64,000 nucleotides of DNA from positions 1-64,000 of IMG/VR virus record IMGVR_UViG_3300027749_000040; one strand, 5' to 3'. This DNA comes from a virus. Under the pieces are notes generated by a model. It searched no databases and was not told the origin of the DNA. It was given only the letters and a program-made list of their open reading frames with translations. Positions within the stretch are counted from its first letter, which is position 1; each line of letters opens with the position of its first letter. The position numbers and the translations under genes were made by a program. This document shows positions 15,552-25,537 of this stretch, piece after piece.

Positions 15552-16163
15552 ATCTTTTGGTATAATCTTAGGGAAGACATGGTAATGAAATAAAATTGGT
15601 TTTTTTGTAATGTCACTGGTGATAGTGTATTCTGTTGTACCTTCACCCTCATATAATTTTTTTGTATTACTCAATGGATGTTTATCTACTATGCCTAATA
15701 GATTATCACAAAATAAATGATAATTTTTTTCTAATACACTTAAATCGGTAGTGTAGGTGTCTATTAACGCATCATATATAATTTGATGTTTGGGTGTACA
15801 CCCAATAAAACCATTAAATATAGTTGGTCTTACAGTATTAATGACACAAAATAAATCACAATCATTTACAATCTCATCTAATGAACATCGCAACATTGCA
15901 TCAGAGTCTATAAAAACACCACCGTTAATATATAAAAAATAATAACGAAATAGGTCTGCTTTGTGTTGTCCAATTACAAAACTATCAAAAACTTTCTCTA
16001 TTTTAGGAAACGCATCTAATGGATTTTTTCTGAAAAATTCTTTTATGTCATTATCATTAAAATACAAATAAGTCCATTCGTCACTGATGTATTTTTTTAA
16101 TTTGTCAGTGACATATGATTCAATTGGTTTATATGATGTTTGAAATAATATTTTTGGTATCAT
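15543..16163 (-). CDS. Glycosyltransferase, GT32/OCH1-like (DxD sugar-binding)
   Basis: IPKILFQT, KADLFRYYFLYINGGVFIDSD, NGFIG..PKH. Confidence 0.85.
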   Translation of the reverse strand: MIPKILFQTSYKPIESYVTDKLKKYISDEWTYLYFNDNDIKEFFRKNPLDAFPKIEKVFDSFVIGQHKADLFRYYFLYINGGVFIDSDAMLRCSLDEIVNDCDLFCVINTVRPTIFNGFIGCTPKHQIIYDALIDTYTTDLSVLEKNYHLFCDNLLGIVDKHPLSNTKKLYEGEGTTEYTITSDITKKPILFHYHVFPKIIPKDLI

Positions 16164-17068
16164 TCTTCATAAACCTTAGATACCGCCGCACCAGATCCTT
16201 GGCGACTCCAACTTGGATTGAGACCATTCATTTCTAGTATATCATCTCTGATATTTTGATTGCGCTTTTCTGTGTTCAAAACACGGCAAAAACTATTTGT
16301 TATAGCGGCTGTGTAGTAAGCAAATGGATTTGCACTTTTAGCTTCATTGAATCTTAATCCAACATATGTTAATTGTAAGATAGCACTGTTACGCATCTCA
16401 TCATTGTATGTATACCCACGCCAATTATACTTCATTGCGTATTTTTCACACATCATAATATACATGCGGGCTAATTTGTTTGTGACTTGACCATGATCTT
16501 TGTTAAAACTTCCAGTTTCTAAGTCACCTTCCCAATGACTTTTCCCTACACAATAGAATGTATTGTTTGAGTCAATTTTGTAATGTTGGAATGGGGGAAA
16601 GTTAACTTTGACATGAACCATGTCATCTACTTCAGCTTTGGTTGTTTTATCCTCTAGATCAGCAAAAATTTCATCTGGATCAACTTCTTCAAAGTCAAAT
16701 ATATCTTTTGCTGTTTTCTTTTTAACGGTTTTACGGGGTTGTTTTGGTGCGACCGGAACATGGTCCCAATTCATTACACGAAAAATTAAATCTGTAACAT
16801 CTATTGACTCTGGGCTAACTGCATCTTTAGAACCCTGCTCTAAACTAAGACGTAACGCACGTGTTTCTTTTGCCTGCTGAATAGATTCTGGCTTGAAAGC
16901 ATACTCTAAACTTTCAGCTATTGGGGCTTGAGGCATGTCTACTATAAAGTCGTAGCGATGATATTCCGGTTGTGAAAAGTGACAATAAGTAGTTTTGCTT
17001 TCGTGAATTTCTTTTAGAATGTCTTTATTATTTAGGTAATTGACAGGTTTTCTTGATGGTAGGCTCAT
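16160..17068 (-). CDS. gp55: Late-transcription sigma factor (T4 gp55-like) with a large insertion
   Basis: NYLNNKDIL, NWRGYTYNDEM, RFNEAKSANPFAYYT..ITNSF.R.LN.EK; upstream of gp47/gp46 as in T4-like phages. Confidence 0.85.
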   Translation of the reverse strand: MSLPSRKPVNYLNNKDILKEIHESKTTYCHFSQPEYHRYDFIVDMPQAPIAESLEYAFKPESIQQAKETRALRLSLEQGSKDAVSPESIDVTDLIFRVMNWDHVPVAPKQPRKTVKKKTAKDIFDFEEVDPDEIFADLEDKTTKAEVDDMVHVKVNFPPFQHYKIDSNNTFYCVGKSHWEGDLETGSFNKDHGQVTNKLARMYIMMCEKYAMKYNWRGYTYNDEMRNSAILQLTYVGLRFNEAKSANPFAYYTAAITNSFCRVLNTEKRNQNIRDDILEMNGLNPSWSRQGSGAAVSKVYEE

Positions 17069-17092
17069 AGTTCTCCGTTGTTATGTTGATTG

Positions 17093-17121
17093 ATTATAGC
17101 ATGACTGTTGCAGAATAGCAA
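17093..17121 (-). promoter_or_regulatory. Sigma70 promoter with extended -10 for the gp55 operon
   Basis: TTGCTA-17 nt-TATAAT with TG at -15/-14 (TGCTATAAT); GGAG SD before the gp55 ATG. Confidence 0.7.
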
Positions 17122-17156
17122 CTATTTTTTGATTGAAAGGGTAAAAACAGCACTTT

Positions 17157-17172
17157 TATTTAGTGCTAAATA
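17157..17172. promoter_or_regulatory. Back-to-back late promoter boxes (TATTTAG-TG-CTAAATA)
   Basis: Inverted pair; the plus box precedes the baseplate operon and the minus box points toward gp55. Confidence 0.6.
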
Positions 17173-17194
17173 TAAGTAAGGATAACAACATATT

Positions 17195-18436
17195 ATGGCA
17201 TCACAAGCTCAATTAGAAGCCGATATTGCTTTGGCAAAGGCTCAAGTAGCATCATTAGAACTTCAATTAGACGCAGCCTCAGGTTCACCACAGCCTGACC
17301 CCGCAGTAATTGCCGATTTGGAAAGACAACTACAGATAGCAAAAAATGCTCTAATACTACTTCAAAATGAGTTGAATAATCTTCTTGTCGCATCCGACCC
17401 CAATACAAATATTGGAACAGCGGGACAACTACCAAGCGCACAAAAAACGTTACCTGATAGTAGCCCAACTGGGCCGGCACGTGATGACAATGGTAATTTA
17501 ATGCCCGGTTGGAATGAAGATGAATTTGGAACACCTTATTATGTAGGTAATGGATTTGTTGCCCCAACAACTCAAGCAAGTGCCAACACTACAACACAAG
17601 GCATTACTGCTAATTTAGCAAATACTCAAGGTAACGCTACTAATCAAGATGCGGTTAGTTTCGAAAAAGCAAAAGATTGGCGTGTTAGATTAAGTCTAGC
17701 ACCAAGTGCAAATTATTTGTATAAAGCAGAAAAAGGTAAAATAGGTATATTAGCACCATTGGCGGTAACAAATGGTGTGATCTTCCCCTACACACCATCT
17801 GTTAGTGTTGTATATGCTGCCTCATATGATTCGTCTGAATTAGTACATAGTAACTATAAGATTTATAACTATAAGAACAGTGCAGTTGATACTGTTACTA
17901 TTACGGGTGATTTTACTGCACAGGATACAAATGAAGCCAACTACTTATTGGCTGTAATTCATTTTTTTAAATCAGTCACAAAAATGTTTTATGGGCAAGA
18001 TCAAAATCCAAGAAACGGTACTCCTCCGCCATTAGTTTATATGAGTGGATTGGGAACATTCCAGTTTGATAATCATCCATTAGTTGTAAGCAACTTTACA
18101 TATAGCTTACCAAATGAAGTAGATTACATTCGTTCAGGTAGTGTAACAACCGAACCCGGAAGTTCTACAACTGGTCAAAACACAGTAAATAATACAGATA
18201 ACGCATCAAATGCAAGAATTCAGTCCTCTGGGTTAGGGGCCAAAATACCTAACTTTCAGAGACAGCAAGCAACGATTAACAGCAACGCAACATACGTACC
18301 TACAAAAATGCAAATAGTAATAACATGTATACCAATTGTCACTCGTAATGACATCAGCAATAATTTCAGTCTCAGAGATTATGCAACCGGTGCATTGTTG
18401 CAAGGTAGCAAACGCAATGGCGGAGGTATTTGGTAA
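17195..18436 (+). CDS. Baseplate/tail-tube initiator-like protein (gp48/gp54 or CIS tube-like)
   Basis: IFPYTP.V...Y, ITGDFTAQ, PPPLVYM.G.G, V.NFTYSLP.EVDY, YVPT; directly upstream of the gp53-like gene. Confidence 0.6.
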   Translation: MASQAQLEADIALAKAQVASLELQLDAASGSPQPDPAVIADLERQLQIAKNALILLQNELNNLLVASDPNTNIGTAGQLPSAQKTLPDSSPTGPARDDNGNLMPGWNEDEFGTPYYVGNGFVAPTTQASANTTTQGITANLANTQGNATNQDAVSFEKAKDWRVRLSLAPSANYLYKAEKGKIGILAPLAVTNGVIFPYTPSVSVVYAASYDSSELVHSNYKIYNYKNSAVDTVTITGDFTAQDTNEANYLLAVIHFFKSVTKMFYGQDQNPRNGTPPPLVYMSGLGTFQFDNHPLVVSNFTYSLPNEVDYIRSGSVTTEPGSSTTGQNTVNNTDNASNARIQSSGLGAKIPNFQRQQATINSNATYVPTKMQIVITCIPIVTRNDISNNFSLRDYATGALLQGSKRNGGGIW

Positions 18437-18747
18437 TGGCACTCAACAGTTTATATCCAGCAACAAGTCCATACTATACTACGGGTGTAGTTAATAACAA
18501 ATTTTTAGATGTTATGGTAGATAGACCTATTCCTAAATTAGGTAGTGATAGATACTGGACTATTACACAACAATATAATCTACGTCCTGATATGTTAGCA
18601 TATGACTTGTATGCTAATCCTAAACTATGGTGGGTGTTTGCTAGTAGAAACCCAAACGCACTAGCAGACCCATTCTTTGACTTTACTACTGGTACGTCAA
18701 TATATCTTCCAGAAAACTCTACATTGATTTCAGTATTAGGATTATAA
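18436..18747 (+). CDS. gp53: Baseplate wedge LysM-like protein (gp53-like)
   Basis: RPDMLAYDLYANPKLWWVFA..N...IYLP; TAATG coupling with the upstream gene. Confidence 0.75.
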   Translation: MALNSLYPATSPYYTTGVVNNKFLDVMVDRPIPKLGSDRYWTITQQYNLRPDMLAYDLYANPKLWWVFASRNPNALADPFFDFTTGTSIYLPENSTLISVLGL

Positions 18748-18748
18748 A

Positions 18749-21670
18749 ATGGCAGTACAAGCATCAGCATCACAAACAATTGATGGCTATAACATAATTG
18801 CCACATACAGTGCAAGTTCCGGTTCTATTGGCTATACTGTTAATAAACCTGACGGAAGTGAACTATTCAGAGCCGGCTCAAGTTTTGGTCTAACTGCTGG
18901 CTTTAGTAATTTAGCAAGAATGGCTGAAGAGGCAGGTAACACTGAACTAGCAAACACGTACCGTAGTATAAATTCACAGGCATCAAGCGTGGTACCTGTA
19001 TTAGATAAAGAAGTACAAGATCAACTAAATGCTGTACAACCTCCCCCGCCTACTGAACCAGTTCCTCCTGTAACTCAAAATACTCCTAATACAAACGCCG
19101 CAGGTAACTCACCTGCAAACGATGACAGTAAAAACGATTCAAAAGCCGCGTCACAAATTGCTAACCAAGCTAATTTACCAACTGTAACAGGTAGCGCAAA
19201 TCTTGCTGTTACAAATGCTTCTTTTGCCAGTACAACGCAAGCAGGCTCATCTAACACAACAAATTCCGAACCTACAAAAAAGAATGTAGGTTTAGACCCA
19301 AAGCCAGGCACACGATTAAAAAACCCACTAGGTAATTTTAGTAGTTACACATACCAACTTAGTTTATATATGATAACACCTGATGCACATACTGCGTTTG
19401 TTGCAAATGGAAGAAAAGATATCAATGCTTTTGCAAAATCCGGTGCTAACTCTGGTAGTGGAGGTGCATATTTAATTCTTCAAAGCGGAGGTGTTAATAA
19501 TACATTAAATCAACGTCCTCCTGGAATGACATATGATTACTATATTGATGATTTAAGAATCACTAATGTAGTATCAACAAAACAAACGGCTACGTCAAGT
19601 AATATTACAAAAATCACTTTTAATATTGTTGAACCAGTTGGATTTTCATTTACTACTAAATTGAAACGTGCCCGTGAAGCATTACTAAAAACTAGTAAAA
19701 TACCAAATATTGAAAAAGCAACAAATGCAAGTAAGCAATTCTTTGTATTAGGTATACGATTTCAAGGATATGATGTAAATGGAGAAATAGCAAATGCTAG
19801 TAAGTATTTTAGTGACGATACATTTAATGCCGCACCTGATGCAAGTGGTGTGTATGAAAGATTCTATGATATATTATTTGAAAAAGTTACTTTTAAATTA
19901 ACCGGCGGTTCAACTGTTTATTCAGTTACAGCTAAAAATATTGCATCTGAGGTAGGATTACATGTCGCTAGAGGCACAGTTGACGCAAATATTGAAGTGG
20001 TATCAGATACAGTTGGCGGCGCCATAGACGGTTCGGGACAAGGAGTAACTAGTTTATTTCAAACGATGAATAATAACATGGCAAAAGCTAAAGATGCTAA
20101 AAATAGAGAATATCCTGATGAATATTATGTTAGATTTGCTGGTTTGGGGTCAGATATTATCAAAGATTCACAACTAAAAAGTGTGGCAGATATGGACAAG
20201 AAAAATTCAGCCCCCGGCCCCGCAAATAATGCAAGTGAAGTTAATGATGCAACTGGTCAAAGTGTTGCATATGATAAACAAAAAATAAAAATTAGCATTA
20301 CTCAAGGTATGAGTGTACTACAGGCAATTGAAAAGATAATTAAACAAAGTACATACATGACAGATGCATTGAACACTTTGTTTAAGAGTGAAGAAACTCC
20401 TAATGCTAATACTGCATCTACTGATAAAGTTGAACAAAAAACCCCTCCAAGATTACGCTGGTATAACGTAAGCCCTGAAATTGAAGTACTTGGATTTGAC
20501 ACAAAGATAAATGATTTTGGTTATAAAATTACATATGTGATTCAACCATACGATACGCCGGCTTCGGTGAGCCCTTATGGTAGAGCCGCAAAGTATTACG
20601 GCCCGCATAAACGATATGATTACTGGTACACTGGTAAAAACAGTGAAATATTAAGTTATGAGCAACAACTTGACAATGCATTCTTTAACATAACATTTAA
20701 TCCTAATGGAGATCCAGCCGCATCAGGTGGAAATGCTAAAGTTGCACAGTTGGGAAATAAAAAGACCGGTCAAGATGCAACTGGTAAACTTAATCCTGGT
20801 CAAGAAGCACAGAATACTTATATGACTAGTTTGTTTGACCCGGGCTCATATGCATCTGCACGAATTCAAATTTTAGGTGATCCTGATTATTTAATGCGTG
20901 AAACTGCCGCTGGTATTAACGAAGTGTATAAACAATTTTATCAAAGTGATAATTTTACTATCAATCCAAACGGTGGGCAAGTTTTTATTGAAATTGCATT
21001 CAATGAAGGTATTGATTATGGTGCTACGATTAATGGTGTCAATGTTGATCCTAAAGATAATGGCACCGGTGTTATGACTATTAACGATAGTATTTTCTTT
21101 TGGGATTATCCTGATAGTGTAAAAACTGGACCTAACGCAATTAAAGGTGTTAGTTACCAAGTACGTGAGGTCGAAAGTGTATTTAAGGGTGGTAAGTTTA
21201 CTCAGACATTACAATTAAACATTAACGAAATGCCGGACGCAATTGAAGCTGCCGAAGCTGCCGCAACTGGCACACGTGAGACCCCGGCTACCGGTACAGT
21301 TAACTCACCGTTACGACCACTTAACAATGAACGTACTGGATTATCACAAGCCGGGGATAGTCCTACTCCGGGCACAAATGTTAACAACTCATCTTCTAAT
21401 ACAGGTTTACAAAGTTTTACATTAACTAAACCGGGTAATAATTTACAAACAGTACCGGACGCTTATCCCATATCTCCATTAACCGGAACTACTACGACTA
21501 GATCAATTATTACCGGTAATACTAACAACCCAACTGTAGCTGATGATGATACTGTTGCAAATGCGGGTAGCACTACTTCCGGATCTGCAAACACAACTAG
21601 TAATGAGGGTAGAGAAATTTCTACCACAAATAATACCACTTTAACTGACACCCGCACGGGTATTGTATAA
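18749..21670 (+). CDS. Baseplate hub protein (gp27/gpD-like)
   Basis: Between the gp53-like and gp5-like genes; NPL...SYTY.LSL, IQILGDPDYL, Y.V..VES.F.GGKFTQ.L; low-complexity termini. Confidence 0.6.
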   Translation: MAVQASASQTIDGYNIIATYSASSGSIGYTVNKPDGSELFRAGSSFGLTAGFSNLARMAEEAGNTELANTYRSINSQASSVVPVLDKEVQDQLNAVQPPPPTEPVPPVTQNTPNTNAAGNSPANDDSKNDSKAASQIANQANLPTVTGSANLAVTNASFASTTQAGSSNTTNSEPTKKNVGLDPKPGTRLKNPLGNFSSYTYQLSLYMITPDAHTAFVANGRKDINAFAKSGANSGSGGAYLILQSGGVNNTLNQRPPGMTYDYYIDDLRITNVVSTKQTATSSNITKITFNIVEPVGFSFTTKLKRAREALLKTSKIPNIEKATNASKQFFVLGIRFQGYDVNGEIANASKYFSDDTFNAAPDASGVYERFYDILFEKVTFKLTGGSTVYSVTAKNIASEVGLHVARGTVDANIEVVSDTVGGAIDGSGQGVTSLFQTMNNNMAKAKDAKNREYPDEYYVRFAGLGSDIIKDSQLKSVADMDKKNSAPGPANNASEVNDATGQSVAYDKQKIKISITQGMSVLQAIEKIIKQSTYMTDALNTLFKSEETPNANTASTDKVEQKTPPRLRWYNVSPEIEVLGFDTKINDFGYKITYVIQPYDTPASVSPYGRAAKYYGPHKRYDYWYTGKNSEILSYEQQLDNAFFNITFNPNGDPAASGGNAKVAQLGNKKTGQDATGKLNPGQEAQNTYMTSLFDPGSYASARIQILGDPDYLMRETAAGINEVYKQFYQSDNFTINPNGGQVFIEIAFNEGIDYGATINGVNVDPKDNGTGVMTINDSIFFWDYPDSVKTGPNAIKGVSYQVREVESVFKGGKFTQTLQLNINEMPDAIEAAEAAATGTRETPATGTVNSPLRPLNNERTGLSQAGDSPTPGTNVNNSSSNTGLQSFTLTKPGNNLQTVPDAYPISPLTGTTTTRSIITGNTNNPTVADDDTVANAGSTTSGSANTTSNEGREISTTNNTTLTDTRTGIV

Positions 21671-21684
21671 AAAGAGAATAAAAT

Positions 21685-24600
21685 ATGGCAACTAATGTAT
21701 TCAAACCTAGAGGCGCAACAAGTGCATCAAAACCTGATGCAGGTGGAGCCGTATTACGCTCTGTACCTGTATTTGGTGTAGTCAAAGATAACATCGACCC
21801 CATACGTTCTGGTCGACTGCGTGTGTATATTGCAGACATGGGCGGCGCTGACCCTAATGACGCTGAATCATGGATTACCGTTAACTATATGACACCTTTT
21901 TATGGTTTAACTCAGGGTGATGCACCCAAAGAAGGTTATGGAACATATTTACAGAATCAAAGTGCATATGGTATGTGGTTTGCACAGCCGGATATTGATA
22001 CAACAGTAGTCTGTGTGTTTATCAATGGTGATCCTGAATATGGTTATTGGATTGGGTGTGTGCCTGAACCAGAGGCATTGTATACCGTGCCTGCTATGGG
22101 TTCTGCTGAAACAGTTGTTGTTAATGAGAATGAGGGTACCAGTTACGGCGGCGCAACAAAATTACCAGTAGCAAACATTAATAAAAACAATCAAGCAATC
22201 AATGAATCACCTACTTTTTTTAATCAGCCAAAACCAGTGCATAGCTATCTTGCCGGCGTGTTGAATCAACAAGGTTTAATTAGAGATACGATTAGAGGCA
22301 CAATAGGCACATCAGCGCAACGTGAAACACCAAGTAGAGTTGGTTGGGGCGTAAGTAGTCCCGGACGTCCAATCTATGAAGGCGGATTTACAGACGAAAC
22401 TATAGCGGATGCGGCAAATCAAGGTAGTAAACAACCGGCTTTAAGAGTAGTAGCACGTAGAGCAGGTCATTCTATTGTAATGGATGATGGTGATTTGATT
22501 GGTCGTGACCAATTAATAAGATTGCGTACTAGTTTAGGACATCAAATATTAATGAGTGATGATGGTCAATGTTTACACATCATTCATGCTAACGGACAAA
22601 GTTGGATAGAGTTAGGTAAAGAAGGCACGATTGATATGTACGCCACCAACTCAGTTAATATCAGAACACAGGGTGATTTGAATTTACATGCTGATAACAA
22701 TATCAATATGCATGCCAAAAAAGATTTAAACATCTATGCTGAAAATATTACAACCAATAGTGATAAGAAAACTAATATCAAAGTAGGTACTGATTATGCT
22801 ACGTCTGTAAATGGTAAAACAACATTGAAGTCAACGGGCGCAATGAGTTTGAAATCATCAGGTGAAGCTAGCTTTGCCAGCACAAATAATACATTCATTA
22901 ATGGTAAAAAGATAAACTTAAATACTGGTGAGGCTTCAACTATACCAGAAGATGTTAAGCCATTACCAACTAACGCACATACTGATTCACTGTACGATTC
23001 ACAAAAAGGTTGGGCGGCAGCACCGGCTGCATTATTAAGTATTACAAGTAGAGCACCTGCACATGCACCTTGGGCAGCCGCAAATCAAGGAGTTGATGTA
23101 AAAATTAACAATGATGCTGATGCAAACTTTCCAAACAATCCGGCTCCTGCAATTCAAGCGGCAAACAATTCAACAACTACTCCGGCAACACCAGTTAATG
23201 CTAGTGTAGCATCAACTGTTCCTGTTACCGGTGCTATAAGTGGAGCATTGGATAAGAATTCAACAACAGCTATGGTAGGACAAGTTGCAACAATTGCACA
23301 ATCTGTTCCTAATGTGGCTGCCGCTATTAAAAGTGGTGCCGGAGTAGTATCTTCAACAGTTAATGGTGCAATACAGAATATAGCGGCAATTGGTAAAATG
23401 GCGCAATCACCACAACAACTTGAGGCGTCAGGCGTTCTTAAAGCAGGTGCAGGTTTACTTGTTGCTAATTTAGTTCAAGGTGGCAAGACTGTACAGCAAG
23501 CACTAACTAATAATTTGTTTGCAGGCAAACCCGGTGCAGAGAATCTAACAAACTATTTAAATAATCCAACAGCTCAAGTGGCAACACAAGTTGCTAATTT
23601 TCAACAAGCACAAACTCAATTAACTAACGCAGGATTACTTACAGGTAAAGAAAGTGCAGGACAACTTGCGGGTATCGTAACCGCCGGTGCATTAGCAGGG
23701 CCAACTGCCGCTGTCAATGCAATTAAGTCAGCGGCAGGCGCATTAGGATCAACAATTACAGGACCAATAGCCGCACTAGGCGGAGCCGCAAACAGTTTGT
23801 TAGGTAGTGCAGCCAGTCAATTAGGAGCAGGTAATTTTGCAGGTAATTTAGCGAGCACAGTAACAGGAGGACTAAGTTCTATTGCCGGATCATTGAATGG
23901 GCTAGCAAAAAGTCTAACCGGTGGTGCAGAGAGTTTATTAAATTCTGCTAAAGGTATTGCAGGAAGTGCTTTTGCGGCAATTAAGAACTCATTTCCTAAA
24001 TTAACAGCAGGTATACCTCAAAATCTTAAACAAATTGCTGATAAGGCTACAGCAGCCGCACAAAATGCTACCACTGAATTACAAGCAAGCGTTACCCAGG
24101 CAGCAAATGCGTTTAATGTATCAGGCGCAAACGCGGCTTCAGTTGCCTCAGGTGCCGCAAGTTCTGCTGTTAACGGCGCGGCATCTAGTGTAAATAATTT
24201 AGTATCTAGTGCAGGTGCAGCCGCTACTACTGCGGCAGGTTTGGTGACAGCAGGATTAACTAATGGTGCAAATTCATTATTACCAGCATCAGTCTCTACT
24301 GGATTAGGCTTTCTACCGGGAGCACAAAAGGCAGTTGCTTCTATTGTTAATAATGCAAAAGGTGCATTAAACAATATTCCCGGTACTGCTGGAATATCAA
24401 CAGCATTAAGTCAAGTTACTGCGGCACTAAGCTCAGGTGGACCATTGGGAAATATAGCTTCTGATTTAATTACCAAATTAAAAAATCCGGGTGAATCACT
24501 ACAAGCGTTGGCCAGCATCGGATTGCCCGCTGGCGCCGCGGCGCAATTGAATTCTGCAATTAGCTCTTTAAATTCGGGTGGTGCAATACCAATCAAACTA

Positions 24601-25020
24601 CCTGTCATCAGTGTTAATACAGTCGATAGAACAGCAATTACAGCACAGATTGGTGCAGTATTCGGTAGTACAAAGATTCCTGTACCAAACTATAGCGGAA
24701 ACCCCGCTTCAACAGGAGAAACTGCATCAACCACTGCGGCTGAAAAACTTGTACAAAAAGAAGAAAAAATTAAAGAATTTGATGCTAGATTTGCTGTTGT
24801 TCTTAATAAAGCAAAAGCAAAGAGAGTGGAATTTGACGCGGCAGTAGAAGCATATGTAGAGGCAAAAAATAACTTACCAGCAGGTGATCCGGCAATTGGT
24901 GATGCTTATAATATAGCAAAAGCTTTGGCAGCAGAATTGAAAGATCTAAAATTAGAAGGCACCAAAATATTAGATGAAAAAGTAGATTTCCTAATTCAGA
25001 AGTCAAGAGAAACAGCATAA
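21685..25020 (+). CDS. gp5: Baseplate central spike (gp5/VgrG-like) with long C-terminal extension
   Basis: N-terminal OB fold (GVVKDNIDP.RSGRLRV, YGMWF..PDIDT.V.C.F), beta-helix repeats (GHSIVMDD, GHQILMSD, NGQSWIEL), PAHAPW motif, then ~600 aa of Ala/Gly-rich sequence. Confidence 0.85.
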   Translation: MATNVFKPRGATSASKPDAGGAVLRSVPVFGVVKDNIDPIRSGRLRVYIADMGGADPNDAESWITVNYMTPFYGLTQGDAPKEGYGTYLQNQSAYGMWFAQPDIDTTVVCVFINGDPEYGYWIGCVPEPEALYTVPAMGSAETVVVNENEGTSYGGATKLPVANINKNNQAINESPTFFNQPKPVHSYLAGVLNQQGLIRDTIRGTIGTSAQRETPSRVGWGVSSPGRPIYEGGFTDETIADAANQGSKQPALRVVARRAGHSIVMDDGDLIGRDQLIRLRTSLGHQILMSDDGQCLHIIHANGQSWIELGKEGTIDMYATNSVNIRTQGDLNLHADNNINMHAKKDLNIYAENITTNSDKKTNIKVGTDYATSVNGKTTLKSTGAMSLKSSGEASFASTNNTFINGKKINLNTGEASTIPEDVKPLPTNAHTDSLYDSQKGWAAAPAALLSITSRAPAHAPWAAANQGVDVKINNDADANFPNNPAPAIQAANNSTTTPATPVNASVASTVPVTGAISGALDKNSTTAMVGQVATIAQSVPNVAAAIKSGAGVVSSTVNGAIQNIAAIGKMAQSPQQLEASGVLKAGAGLLVANLVQGGKTVQQALTNNLFAGKPGAENLTNYLNNPTAQVATQVANFQQAQTQLTNAGLLTGKESAGQLAGIVTAGALAGPTAAVNAIKSAAGALGSTITGPIAALGGAANSLLGSAASQLGAGNFAGNLASTVTGGLSSIAGSLNGLAKSLTGGAESLLNSAKGIAGSAFAAIKNSFPKLTAGIPQNLKQIADKATAAAQNATTELQASVTQAANAFNVSGANAASVASGAASSAVNGAASSVNNLVSSAGAAATTAAGLVTAGLTNGANSLLPASVSTGLGFLPGAQKAVASIVNNAKGALNNIPGTAGISTALSQVTAALSSGGPLGNIASDLITKLKNPGESLQALASIGLPAGAAAQLNSAISSLNSGGAIPIKLPVISVNTVDRTAITAQIGAVFGSTKIPVPNYSGNPASTGETASTTAAEKLVQKEEKIKEFDARFAVVLNKAKAKRVEFDAAVEAYVEAKNNLPAGDPAIGDAYNIAKALAAELKDLKLEGTKILDEKVDFLIQKSRETA

Positions 25021-25039
25021 ATATCATATAGGATAAAAT

Positions 25040-25492
25040 ATGTCAACATATATAGGTTTTTCAACAGTAAATGCTAATAGACCCAGAACTACTAGAGCCC
25101 CTGGGGGCAGTGCCGGCGGTACGGGTAGTATGATAGATCCTACTATTCCTGGTAAAAAATTCAGAATGGTTGACGGCCCGTTGGTATTAAGAGATTTTAT
25201 TAATGCACTTAATATTAACAAAGGTGAAAAAGTGGGTCAACCCGGCTATGGAACAGATATCTGGAGTTACATTTTTGAGCCTAACGATGCCGACACGCAA
25301 TTCAAAATTCAAACTGAAATACAACGTGTTGCTAGCTCGGATCCTAGAATACTATTAAACTCGGTTAAATCGTTTGTTCAACAAAATGGAATACTTTTAG
25401 AAGTAGAAGTTGCTATTCAACCCTTCAACGATGCTTCTATAGTCAACGTATTTTTCAACAACATTACTAATCAAGCTACCCTCAACCCTTAA
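25040..25492 (+). CDS. gp25: Baseplate wedge subunit (gp25-like)
   Basis: D.INAL....GEKV.QP.YGT.IW.YIFEP, I..DPRI; late box at 25016-25023. Confidence 0.88.
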   Translation: MSTYIGFSTVNANRPRTTRAPGGSAGGTGSMIDPTIPGKKFRMVDGPLVLRDFINALNINKGEKVGQPGYGTDIWSYIFEPNDADTQFKIQTEIQRVASSDPRILLNSVKSFVQQNGILLEVEVAIQPFNDASIVNVFFNNITNQATLNP

Positions 25493-25537
25493 AAACCGTT
25501 GTTTTCAGTTAAGATAAATACTTAAAAGAGAACAACT

